DNA from: Myxococcota bacterium
Lineage (GTDB): Bacteria > Myxococcota_A > Bradymonadia > UBA7976 > UBA1532
Direction of reading: 5' to 3'
DNA length: 61,933 nucleotides
Assembly: GCA_036337435.1 (NCBI GenBank)
Contig: JAYZEG010000049.1
Span: 1 to 61,933 of the forward strand
Positions 10,208 to 18,683 of this stretch are shown piece after piece. A program made the translations under genes and the position numbers. The notes beneath the pieces were generated by a model that searched no databases, was not told the origin of the DNA, and was given only the letters and a program-made list of their open reading frames with translations. Within the stretch, counting starts at the first letter, position 1; each line of letters opens with the position of its first letter.

Positions 10208-11747
10208 GATCCGTCATCCCTCCAACGACGGCTGCCTCGACGATCGAGCCCGCATGGAGAAGGTCGCGGACAGCCGTGATGTCATTGTGGAGAATTCGGT
10301 CATCGCCAAGCGGTGGGACCACTTGTCGAATCGCCTTATGCACGGCGCGGATCGCCGGGCTGGCCACAAGCGGTGCGCGTAGATCCAGAGCCTGGGCCGC
10401 GCAGAGCAGTTCGATGGCTAGGACAGTTTCTACGTGTTCGATGATTTGTCTCGCTTTTCGAGCTGAGATCGTCCCCATTGATACGTGGTCTTCTCGGTTT
10501 GCGCTACTCGGAATGCTATCGACGCTGGCTGGATGTGCGAGCACCTTATTCTCACTAACAAGAGCAGCGGCGGTGACTTGCGCGATCATAAAACCGCTGT
10601 TCAGGCCCGATTTCGCTGATAGGAAAGGGGGTAGACCGCTAGACAGGGCTGGATTGACAAGTTGCTCGATTCGTCGCTCAGAAATATTGGCGAGTTCGGC
10701 TACCGCAATACCGAAATAGTCTGCAACCAAAGCGATGGGTTGGCCATGGAAATTACCGCCACTGAGGACATCGAGTTGCCCGTTCTTCGTCTCAAACACC
10801 AGTGGGTTATCTGTCGCGGCATTGCATTCGGTCGAGACCACGCTTGCGGTGTGAAGGAGCGCATCGCGCGTGGCACCGTGTACTTGTGGCATACAGCGAA
10901 GGCTGTAGGGGTCTTGCACTTTATCGCAGTCTTTGTGGCTCTCGGTGATTGGACTATCGGACATAAGAAATCGGAGGTTTTTCGCTGATGTCGCCTGCCC
11001 ATGATGCCCTCGAACACGTTGAATGCGTTCATCAAAAGGACTTAAGCTGCCGAGCAAAGCTTGGCAGGACATCGCCCCTGCAATATCAGCAGTTTTGACA
11101 AGGCACCGGCCCGCATCGATGACCAATGCCATTTCAGCCGTCATGGCCTGCGTCCCATTAATCAGCGCGAGACCCTCCTTGGCTTGGAGGACCACTGGTC
11201 GAAGTCCAGCCCGGTCTAAGGCCTCAGCACCGCTCATTACCGTGCCCTTGTATTCGGCTGTACCTTCGCCGACCAACACCAGCGCAAGATGAGCGAGGGG
11301 AGCCAGATCACCGGACGCACCGACTGAGCCCTTCTCAGGAATGACTGGATGGATTCCTTGGTTAAGCATGTCGGCAAGGAGTTTCGGTACGGCTGGCCGT
11401 ACGCCACTGGTCCCCAAAACGAGGACGTTCGCCCGAATCGCCATGATAGCTCGAGTGACGGGGATCGTGTAGGGGACGCCGACGCCGGTCGCGTGACTCC
11501 TGATGAGGTTCAGTTGGAGTTTCGCCAGGTCGTCTGCGGGAATACGAACCTCGGCCAGAGCCCCAAACCCAGTGTTCACTCCGTAGGTGTTCGGGGCGTC
11601 ATCGACAAGCATCTTTTCGATCCCAGACCTGATGGATGCAATTTTTGACTCTACGTCGGCAGGAAGGGTTACTTTGGTCCGCTCATGAGCGATGTCAATG
11701 ACTGCGTCGACGCAGAGTGGTTTTGAACCGAGTGGGTGTATCTTCAT
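10200..11747 (-). CDS. hutH: Histidine ammonia-lyase
   Basis: YGVNTGFG, MIO-forming GSVGASGDLAPLAH, KEGLALINGT, QDPYSLRC, GGNFHG, EDHVSMG. Confidence 0.97.
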   Translation of the reverse strand: MKIHPLGSKPLCVDAVIDIAHERTKVTLPADVESKIASIRSGIEKMLVDDAPNTYGVNTGFGALAEVRIPADDLAKLQLNLIRSHATGVGVPYTIPVTRAIMAIRANVLVLGTSGVRPAVPKLLADMLNQGIHPVIPEKGSVGASGDLAPLAHLALVLVGEGTAEYKGTVMSGAEALDRAGLRPVVLQAKEGLALINGTQAMTAEMALVIDAGRCLVKTADIAGAMSCQALLGSLSPFDERIQRVRGHHGQATSAKNLRFLMSDSPITESHKDCDKVQDPYSLRCMPQVHGATRDALLHTASVVSTECNAATDNPLVFETKNGQLDVLSGGNFHGQPIALVADYFGIAVAELANISERRIEQLVNPALSSGLPPFLSAKSGLNSGFMIAQVTAAALVSENKVLAHPASVDSIPSSANREDHVSMGTISARKARQIIEHVETVLAIELLCAAQALDLRAPLVASPAIRAVHKAIRQVVPPLGDDRILHNDITAVRDLLHAGSIVEAAVVGGMTDLE

Positions 11748-11864
11748 ACTTTACCGTATGGCAGAGTAAGGCCACTTATGTCAATGCACGCCATAAAGAC
11801 CGATGTGTTGTTCGGTAACCTGTTTGGCGTCTGAACCATCCGGCAAAAGAGTGGAGGGGTGCTG

Positions 11865-12473
11865 ATGAAAATACCTATTTTTGACCTCGATGGTTCGCTA
11901 CTCGACAGTGCCCCAGATATTGGAAACGCCCTCAATGAAATTCGCAGGGAGTTTGATTTAGAGCCACTGACAATCGATTTTATCCGGACAAAGATTGGCG
12001 GTGGTTTAGGGTCTCTATTGCGCGACACCAAAAGCGTACCGGACGCGTCCCAGGTGCCACGGGCACGCGACATTTTTATGGCACACTATGGGCGCAACCT
12101 GTTGAGCCATAGCGCGCCGTTTGATGGCGTCGAAACATTATTATCCGAGTGTTCAATCCGTGGATTAGTGACCAATAAGCCCAGGCGTTTCGGCAAAGAA
12201 ATTATCGAGCAGTTGGGCTGGACATTTACCGTTTCGGTCTACGGCGATGATGGATACGGGCAAAAACCTGAGCCCGGCCCGATCGCGCGCGCCATCGATT
12301 TGATTGGCTATAATGCCTCGGACATCGTTTACTTCGGAGACAGCGATGCCGACGTGCTCGCGGCCCAAGCCTGCGGCGTGGCCGTTTGGCTGTTCCCTTG
12401 GTCATGTGCCGAGGGATTTGATTCGTATAAAGTGGCTCATTTAGATGTGATTAGAGGGATCATTCACGGCTGA
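11865..12473 (+). CDS. HAD-superfamily phosphatase (phosphoglycolate phosphatase-like)
   Basis: FDLDGSLLDS, VTNK, KPEP, GDSDAD; GGAGG SD before ATG 11865. Confidence 0.85.
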   Translation: MKIPIFDLDGSLLDSAPDIGNALNEIRREFDLEPLTIDFIRTKIGGGLGSLLRDTKSVPDASQVPRARDIFMAHYGRNLLSHSAPFDGVETLLSECSIRGLVTNKPRRFGKEIIEQLGWTFTVSVYGDDGYGQKPEPGPIARAIDLIGYNASDIVYFGDSDADVLAAQACGVAVWLFPWSCAEGFDSYKVAHLDVIRGIIHG

Positions 12474-12485
12474 TTTGGAGATAAA

Positions 12486-13220
12486 ATGGAACTCTGGGCG
12501 CATCGGGGCAGCCATGGCCATTCGGGCTTGGTGGAAAATACGCTTCCCGCCTTCGAGCAGGCGATTCTCGAACAGGCTTGCGGCATTGAGTTGGATGTTC
12601 ACTTGAGCGCGGACGGCGTGCCGGTTGTTTTTCATGACGACACGCTTGAGCGGCTCACTCGGGATGCCTTGCGGGCACCCGTAAAAGCCTTGTCCTGTCA
12701 CCAATTAACAACACTGCCCTTGGTCAACGATGCGTCCATACCGACGTTGGCGGACGTCCTCGACCTCGTTGCTGGCCGTGTCCCGGTGAACATAGAACTT
12801 AAGGACGGATTTGCCGTGTCTGCGGTGTCGGCTGTTCTCGACAAACTCGACTACACGAACGCATTGATTTCTAGCTTTAGTGCAAGCGCTGTCGGCGTCG
12901 CGGCCGATTTGAGACCCGATCTCGAACGCGCGTGGATTTCAGGCGACCCATGTATTCACCCGTCTTTGCAATATGCCAATTGGTATCCAGCGGATATCTT
13001 AAAGCAGAGTAAGGCAACTCGGTGGCACACTCACGGTGCTTTTGCCCGTTCATCAATCGTCTCCTCGCTTGCGTCATTGGCCATACCGACGTACGTGTGG
13101 ACAGTAAATGAGCTTGACGAGATGATGAATTTGGAGACACGTGGCGTTGTTGGCGTCTTCACAGACCACCCTGGCACCATGAAAGTAAAACTGGCGGCTC
13201 GTTTTGAATGCGCCAATTAA
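12486..13220 (+). CDS. Glycerophosphodiester phosphodiesterase
   Basis: AHRG, ENTLPAF, IELDVH, VFHD, NIELK, WTVN, TDHP. Confidence 0.9.
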   Translation: MELWAHRGSHGHSGLVENTLPAFEQAILEQACGIELDVHLSADGVPVVFHDDTLERLTRDALRAPVKALSCHQLTTLPLVNDASIPTLADVLDLVAGRVPVNIELKDGFAVSAVSAVLDKLDYTNALISSFSASAVGVAADLRPDLERAWISGDPCIHPSLQYANWYPADILKQSKATRWHTHGAFARSSIVSSLASLAIPTYVWTVNELDEMMNLETRGVVGVFTDHPGTMKVKLAARFECAN

Positions 13221-13801
13221 TCGGCTGCTTTTTTCATGGCTTTTAAGGTGCTCAGGTTTTCTTCCAGGATGGTTTGATTTGCCTTGAGGAGGTCAAGATT
13301 GGCACCTACCGTTGCTTCAAAGACCGTTGACTTCCACTCAGCCTCCTCTTTTACAAAGACGAATTGTTCGCCAGAATGAGTCGTAATGGTTGCCCTGCCA
13401 TCAACAACGAGACCCCTGTCGCGACTGGTTAGCCCAAATTGCAATCCCGCTGAGGGAGGATGCTTTCGGAGCCGCTCAGCCAGGTATGCCTTCATCAGAT
13501 CATGGCTGTTTTGTGCGGCAAAAATGGCTCTTGGATAAACTCCGAGCGCACCGATTTTATACTCAGGAGGGTAAAAGGCTTGAATCGCTTGTCGCTGGTC
13601 ATTGAGGAGCTTAACGGACGTGTCTAAATCAATGCGCGTTCGCTGACTTAGCTGACCGATAAGTGACTTGAAATCCCGTTTCGCAATGGCATCTCGGAGC
13701 AGATGCATCGCCCCGTCTGGAACAGTTGGGTCGATTGTGTCGGAGCAAGCACCGCAGCTCAATAAGATGAGAACGAAGCCGAATTTAATTGTGGACTGCA
13801 T
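13217..13801 (-). CDS. Hypothetical lipoprotein
   Basis: Hydrophobic N-terminus with Cys (LLSCGAC); C-terminal FVKEEAEWK suggests a DUF4878/NTF2-like fold (inference). Confidence 0.65.
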   Translation of the reverse strand: MQSTIKFGFVLILLSCGACSDTIDPTVPDGAMHLLRDAIAKRDFKSLIGQLSQRTRIDLDTSVKLLNDQRQAIQAFYPPEYKIGALGVYPRAIFAAQNSHDLMKAYLAERLRKHPPSAGLQFGLTSRDRGLVVDGRATITTHSGEQFVFVKEEAEWKSTVFEATVGANLDLLKANQTILEENLSTLKAMKKAAD

Positions 13802-13808
13802 AGCCAAG

Positions 13809-13837
13809 AGTAAAGTCCTGATTTGAGTCTAGGTCAA
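13809..13837 (-). promoter_or_regulatory. Sigma70-type promoter, probably leaderless
   Basis: TTGACC-17bp-TTTACT, 7 nt before ATG 13801; no SD. Confidence 0.5.
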
Positions 13838-13863
13838 GCAACCAAACAAGCAATCGATTACTC

Positions 13864-13892
13864 TTGCGGTTAATCGAGGGCATAGGCACGAT
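13864..13892 (+). promoter_or_regulatory. Sigma70-type promoter, probably leaderless
   Basis: TTGCGG-17bp-CACGAT, 6 nt before ATG 13899. Confidence 0.4.
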
Positions 13893-13898
13893 GGCGTC

Positions 13899-14327
13899 AT
13901 GGGAATTCTGGTCCGAATAGTCTTTATTTGTTCACTCATGTTTGGGTGTGGTCCTCGTCGAGCGGACCCGGCAGAACAGGCGGTTCAAGGTTTAGTGAGT
14001 GCGTTATACAGAAATGATATGACCACCGTGCTCAGATACGTAACGGAGGAGACGCGAACCCGTTTGAAGAGTCAGCTCGACGGCCAAGAGGCGCTGTCGA
14101 GTCAACTGGAAACGAGGCTCGATTGGCGCTTTGAACGTCCTGTACACAGTCGTGCACGCGTTGTCGACGGCCAAACGAATGAGCGCAAACGCATCGTTGA
14201 GTACGAAATGGGTGGTCAGAAAAGAAGGTTTCCCGTTGTTCGCGAGGGCGGGGGCTGGAAGGTTGCCCTCTCGCAAGCGGAGGTCGTAGAACCCGCTGCC
14301 AAGTCAGCTTCGGACACCGTAAAGTAA
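13899..14327 (+). CDS. Hypothetical lipoprotein (DUF4878/NTF2-like)
   Basis: Lipobox LMFGC; PAEQAVQGLVSAL helix; C-terminal VVREGGGWKV. Confidence 0.7.
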   Translation: MGILVRIVFICSLMFGCGPRRADPAEQAVQGLVSALYRNDMTTVLRYVTEETRTRLKSQLDGQEALSSQLETRLDWRFERPVHSRARVVDGQTNERKRIVEYEMGGQKRRFPVVREGGGWKVALSQAEVVEPAAKSASDTVK

Positions 14328-14329
14328 AT

Positions 14330-16045
14330 GTGGAAGGTGTCGTACGCTTGAACCTTGAGCTCGGACATGTCATCAACGGCAAGTTGGTCGTTAAGCAGGT
14401 CATGTGGGAAAACGCTCGGATGGGCGCCTACTTGTGCCAGACCGTATCCGAGGGCACTGCCGCCTTAGTTCACGTCGTCAATCTGACGGGGGTGTCCCCG
14501 GAGATAAAGACAGCCCTGGCAGCTGATATCCAAACAGCCAGCCGTTTGCGCCACAAGAACATCGTGCCGTGTGTGGGCTTTGGAGAGTTCGAAGATCATT
14601 TATATCTCGCTGAGAAAGCAGGGCAGGGACGACCTTTGGTCGAACATTTAGAGAGACGTGCCGGCATCGACAAGCCATTTAAACCGGGCGAGGCCTTTAG
14701 TCTCTTATCTCACGTGTGCAACGCGATTCAATTTGCGGCCGACAAAGGTGGGCATGGCGCATTATTGACGAGTCACGTACTGATCAATTCCAACGGACGC
14801 GTCCAGGTAGGCGGGTTTGGTTTTGGTCGCATGCGTTCATCCTTTGAAACGAATTCTGAGTGGGACGCTGGCTGCCTTGCTGCGCAGGTGGACAGCCAGG
14901 CGAGTGCCGACCTATCTTCTCTGGGTGTGGTTGCCGCCCAATTGTTGACAGGCCGTCCATGGCCCGATGGCCTTGAGAAACCGCCAGCCAAAACCAGCGG
15001 TCGTGTCCTTGATGCATTAGTAAAAAGCCAGCGGCAGGACGTTGATGTTGGGCTGCCATCGCCCATCGAGTTTCGACGTGCCGTCAAAAGGCTTTTTGTT
15101 GTGACCGTTCCCCCGCCACCGGTTCGCGAAGAGACCCCCTCAAATTTGAACTCTGCAGACCCTTTGGACCAGCCGATGGACAAGGGAGATACACTTCGCT
15201 GGCTGGTCGAGAGGGACGGGATTGATTATGGGCCGTTCACGCGAAGCCAAATTCTGGAACAACTCTATGACGGTACTCTGACCCCGCGAAGTATTCTGGT
15301 CGATATCGAGACAGAAAAACGGACTAACCTATTTGAGTTTGAGCAGTTTGAAGCCGAAATGCTGAAAGCACTACATCACAAGGATGATGAGGAGTCCAAA
15401 GCTGAAGCCGCACTGGCGGTTAAGCAGGATCGCCTGGTGCGGAGAGTAAAAGTTTGGGGCGGGCTGTCGGCTTTTCTCGTGATCGCCGCTGTGGCTGGGG
15501 CTTGGCAATACACCGTGTCGACTCGGCCCGAACCCAGCCGGCCTCACTTAGCGAGTGCTGTTCAGGCGCTTGAATGGACTCTACCGATCATCTCGGCTCC
15601 GGAGAAAAATATCAAAGATAGAGTGAGCAAAAGGCGGACTTCAAAGACGCGCAAGGGGCGTTTAGCGCGTTCAGGTAATTCCAAATCATGGTCTCGAGCT
15701 GAAAGAGCAAGAATGCTCGAGGAAGAACAGATGGCCGCTAACAGTGACCTTGACGCCGAGGGTGGAGCAAAACAACCCTTTTCGAGGCGTGCATTCGACC
15801 GTGTGCTGGCCACGCGGACGGCGCGGATTTATCGCTGTCTGTTGGGAGAGCTTAAGGCGAGGCCTGGGACACAGGACATGGTTGTCACTCTGACGGCAAT
15901 GGCATCGGGCCAAATCTTAAATGTACGTATGGCTGGAGGTACGGTAAAAGGCGTTCGATGTGTTCGGCGGGCTTTTAAGGGTGCGAAAATTCCAGCCTTT
16001 GCGGGAACCAACAAAACCATTAGTTTACCCTATCGGTTGAACTGA
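14330..16045 (+). CDS. Membrane protein: degenerate Ser/Thr kinase-like domain + GYF_2-like domain + TM + AgmX/PglI (TonB_C-like) C-terminal domain
   Basis: LRHKNIV and HGALLTSHVLI...VQVGGFG (HRD/DFG lost); WLVERDGIDYGPF GYF-like; TM WGGLSAFLVIAAVAGAW; C-terminal IYRCL...CVRRAFKGAKIPAF...ISLPYRL. Confidence 0.7.
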   Translation: MEGVVRLNLELGHVINGKLVVKQVMWENARMGAYLCQTVSEGTAALVHVVNLTGVSPEIKTALAADIQTASRLRHKNIVPCVGFGEFEDHLYLAEKAGQGRPLVEHLERRAGIDKPFKPGEAFSLLSHVCNAIQFAADKGGHGALLTSHVLINSNGRVQVGGFGFGRMRSSFETNSEWDAGCLAAQVDSQASADLSSLGVVAAQLLTGRPWPDGLEKPPAKTSGRVLDALVKSQRQDVDVGLPSPIEFRRAVKRLFVVTVPPPPVREETPSNLNSADPLDQPMDKGDTLRWLVERDGIDYGPFTRSQILEQLYDGTLTPRSILVDIETEKRTNLFEFEQFEAEMLKALHHKDDEESKAEAALAVKQDRLVRRVKVWGGLSAFLVIAAVAGAWQYTVSTRPEPSRPHLASAVQALEWTLPIISAPEKNIKDRVSKRRTSKTRKGRLARSGNSKSWSRAERARMLEEEQMAANSDLDAEGGAKQPFSRRAFDRVLATRTARIYRCLLGELKARPGTQDMVVTLTAMASGQILNVRMAGGTVKGVRCVRRAFKGAKIPAFAGTNKTISLPYRLN

Positions 16046-16061
16046 AGTAGAGAAGAAGAAG

Positions 16062-17381
16062 ATGAGAGCGTCAATGCGTGTGATGTTTTGGGTGGCTTGT
16101 CTGGGAGTCATCGCGGGCTGCTCAACGGACGAACCGGGGGGTAGTTCGGTCGATGCGGCTGGCCAAATTGTCGATGGCGGTGTGCGTCTTGATGGGGCTG
16201 GGCCAACGGGCTGCCAAAATAGCGAACAATGTCCGGCTGGTCAGTTATGCGATGAGGCAACAGCTCAATGCAGACTTGCCTGTAACGCTGATGCGGATTG
16301 CGGACCTGGACGTATTTGTAATTCAGACAACTTCTGTGTTGAGACATCGGTCTGCGACTCGACGAGTGACTGCGCGGGTGGCGAGACCTGTGATTGTCAA
16401 AATAGATGTATTCCGCTCACTGGCGTTATGTGTCGTGGTAACCTGCAGTGTCAGGCAGATGAGTATTGCGATGTTTGTGCGGGGCAATGTCGTTCTCAGG
16501 TCGGTCAATGTGGTGCGTGTTTCGGTGACAATGCCTGTGATTCACGCTCGGTCTGCGTTGGCTATCGGGATGAATTTGCGCAGACAGGGCGTCCGCCCGG
16601 ATACTGCGCCCGGCAGTGCCAAGGCAACTGCGATGTTGTAGGGCCTGAATATGAATGCCGGTCCATCAGCGGTGTAATGGCCTGTGTGCCGCGTGCCGGT
16701 GAGTGCGCAGAGCGTCAAGCTTGCCAAGAGGACACCGATTGCCCACCAGACCGGTTTTGCAATGAGCGGGCAGAGTGCCAGCCTGGATGCTCAGGCGATG
16801 TCAGTTGTCCGCAAGGAGAGGTCTGTCAGGGGCTGCGCTGTGGGCCGCCTTGCACAGGCATTGCGGATTGTCCGACCGGGCAAACCTGCGAGCCTGATGG
16901 GCGGTGTCGGATCCCGGGTGGGTGTATGTCCAGTGCCGATTGCCTTGAGCAGGAGACCTATTGCGACAGGGCACTCATGATGTGTGTTGGGGGGTGTCAG
17001 GTCGACAATGATTGCCTCGATGCGAACTTAGAATGTTTTGCTGGCAGTTGTCGCGAGCGTGGGTGTAGCGGTAATTATCAATGCGCTTTCGGCCAAATTT
17101 GTAATTTAGCGACAAATCAATGTGAAGATGCCACTGGAGCCCACTGCGAAAGTGGGTGTGATCCGATGGCTCGCGATGTGTCATGTGGTCGCGAGGGAAG
17201 TTATTGCATTAGCTTACAGGACCGCGATGATAACCCAATCGGCGATTTTTGTTTTGAGCCATGTGAACCGGAGCCGAATGAGTGTCCGAAGGGGTATTCG
17301 TGTATTCCGGTCACGGATGATATGGGCAACGAACTTGGACGGATTTGTACGACGGATTGCTCGTTATTAATGTCACAATGA
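16062..17381 (+). CDS. Cysteine-rich repeat lipoprotein (myxobacterial type)
   Basis: Lipobox IAGC; many tandem C-x4/5-C-x5-C-x4-6-C units (e.g. CSGDVSCPQGEVCQGLRC). Confidence 0.85.
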   Translation: MRASMRVMFWVACLGVIAGCSTDEPGGSSVDAAGQIVDGGVRLDGAGPTGCQNSEQCPAGQLCDEATAQCRLACNADADCGPGRICNSDNFCVETSVCDSTSDCAGGETCDCQNRCIPLTGVMCRGNLQCQADEYCDVCAGQCRSQVGQCGACFGDNACDSRSVCVGYRDEFAQTGRPPGYCARQCQGNCDVVGPEYECRSISGVMACVPRAGECAERQACQEDTDCPPDRFCNERAECQPGCSGDVSCPQGEVCQGLRCGPPCTGIADCPTGQTCEPDGRCRIPGGCMSSADCLEQETYCDRALMMCVGGCQVDNDCLDANLECFAGSCRERGCSGNYQCAFGQICNLATNQCEDATGAHCESGCDPMARDVSCGREGSYCISLQDRDDNPIGDFCFEPCEPEPNECPKGYSCIPVTDDMGNELGRICTTDCSLLMSQ

Positions 17382-17391
17382 AGGGATTCTA

Positions 17392-17673
17392 ATGAAACGC
17401 GATGAATTAATGGGGCTGCTTGAGGCATGCCCGGTGTTAAGTAAGAAGAAAAACGTGTTCACGGCCAACGATACGGCGACTCTTGACCTGCTGCTGCAGG
17501 CTGGAAATAGTGGCCCGGCGCCAATCAGTCGTATCAAATCGTTCGATGTGGGTGAGACATTTGTCCAGGTTACGTCTGAGGAAAGCGTTTACCTATTTCA
17601 TCATGATGCTGTGTTTGGTCTAAAATGGAAAGATCGTGAACAGCGCACTTCGAGAACAGGTTTCCATGCCTGA
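17392..17673 (+). CDS. Small hypothetical protein with C-terminal RTGF tail (possibly MtsF-like)
   Basis: 93 aa ORF with SD (AAGGGA), tightly packed between neighbours; family resemblance is from memory only. Confidence 0.7.
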   Translation: MKRDELMGLLEACPVLSKKKNVFTANDTATLDLLLQAGNSGPAPISRIKSFDVGETFVQVTSEESVYLFHHDAVFGLKWKDREQRTSRTGFHA

Positions 17674-18082
17674 AGTCAGTGGACGCAAGCGGATTCTGGT
17701 TTCCGCCGGTCTGATTCAGCGGCCCAGCGATGGTAGGATATTGGTGAGTAAACGTCTCGCTGATGCCCACTTGGCCAATTCATGGGAATTTCCTGGTGGC
17801 AAAGTAGAATTCGGTGAGGATCCAAAGAATACCGTCATAAGGGAACTGCGAGAAGAACTCGGAATCGAGACGTCTGTGGGGGACATTTATGCCGTCGGAC
17901 ATCATTGCTATGCAGAGCGCGAAGTTGTCCTTTTGGTCTATCAAACAGCGATCATTGACGGCGAACCACAGTGTCTTGAAGTCGCTGACTTTGCCTGGTT
18001 AACGCCGGGTGAGGTGGTTAATTTACCTTTGCCGCCAGCCGATCAACCTGTCATCGACCGCTTACAACGGGACTGCCTGTGA
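17666..18082 (+). CDS. Nudix hydrolase, MutT/NudG-like
   Basis: Nudix box WEFPGGKVEFGEDPKNTVIRELREELG; LPPAD. Confidence 0.9.
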   Translation: MPEVSGRKRILVSAGLIQRPSDGRILVSKRLADAHLANSWEFPGGKVEFGEDPKNTVIRELREELGIETSVGDIYAVGHHCYAEREVVLLVYQTAIIDGEPQCLEVADFAWLTPGEVVNLPLPPADQPVIDRLQRDCL

Positions 18083-18552
18083 TTTCTGTACGCTTAAAAG
18101 ACGCCGATGCCACATATCGTTTCGGGACGGCACTCGGCGAGGCTGCAGTACCAGGGCTCGTGTTTGCAGTTGAAGGTAATTTGGGCAGTGGTAAAACCAC
18201 TTTGGCGCAGGGTGTGGCTCGCGGACTGTCTGTTCCGTTAGATCATTACGTCAACAGCCCAACATTTGCGATTTTACTCACCCATCCAGGGCGATTGCAA
18301 TTTCACCACATGGACCTTTATCGATTAGGGTGTCTTGATGAGGCCTATGGAATCGGGCTTGATGAAGTGATTGGATCTGATGGGGTATCTTTTATCGAGT
18401 GGCCAAGCCAGGTTCCTGACCTCATACCCCAGGACGTCGTGTCGATTCGGCTCGACTACGCTGGCGACCAACGGCAGGTTTTCTTGGCGGCATCGGGTTC
18501 CAGATCGTCTTCGTTTTTGGCGCGCTGTGCATATTTGAACACGTTTAGTTAA
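18079..18552 (+). CDS. tsaE: tRNA t6A biosynthesis ATPase TsaE
   Basis: GNLGSGKTT, VNSPTF, HMDLYRL, IEW. Confidence 0.95.
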   Translation: MISVRLKDADATYRFGTALGEAAVPGLVFAVEGNLGSGKTTLAQGVARGLSVPLDHYVNSPTFAILLTHPGRLQFHHMDLYRLGCLDEAYGIGLDEVIGSDGVSFIEWPSQVPDLIPQDVVSIRLDYAGDQRQVFLAASGSRSSSFLARCAYLNTFS

Positions 18553-18683
18553 GAATGGGGATAGACGATTTAAGGTATTATGTTTAGGGGTTTAGCAGAC
18601 ATTCTTTAAGTTGGTTTCTAAATTGCATGATGGAGGGTCGTAATAAGAACGCACACTTCTGCAGAACCGGCTTGGAGGCACCC

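Noticed and set aside
11753..11784. TTGACA promoter for hutH
   Set aside because: The best -10 (TACGGT) is 20 bp away, which is too poor a spacing to call
16062..17381. Cys-rich protein as a multiheme cytochrome or Fe-S protein
   Set aside because: No CxxCH motifs; the spacing and lipobox fit disulfide-bonded extracellular repeats
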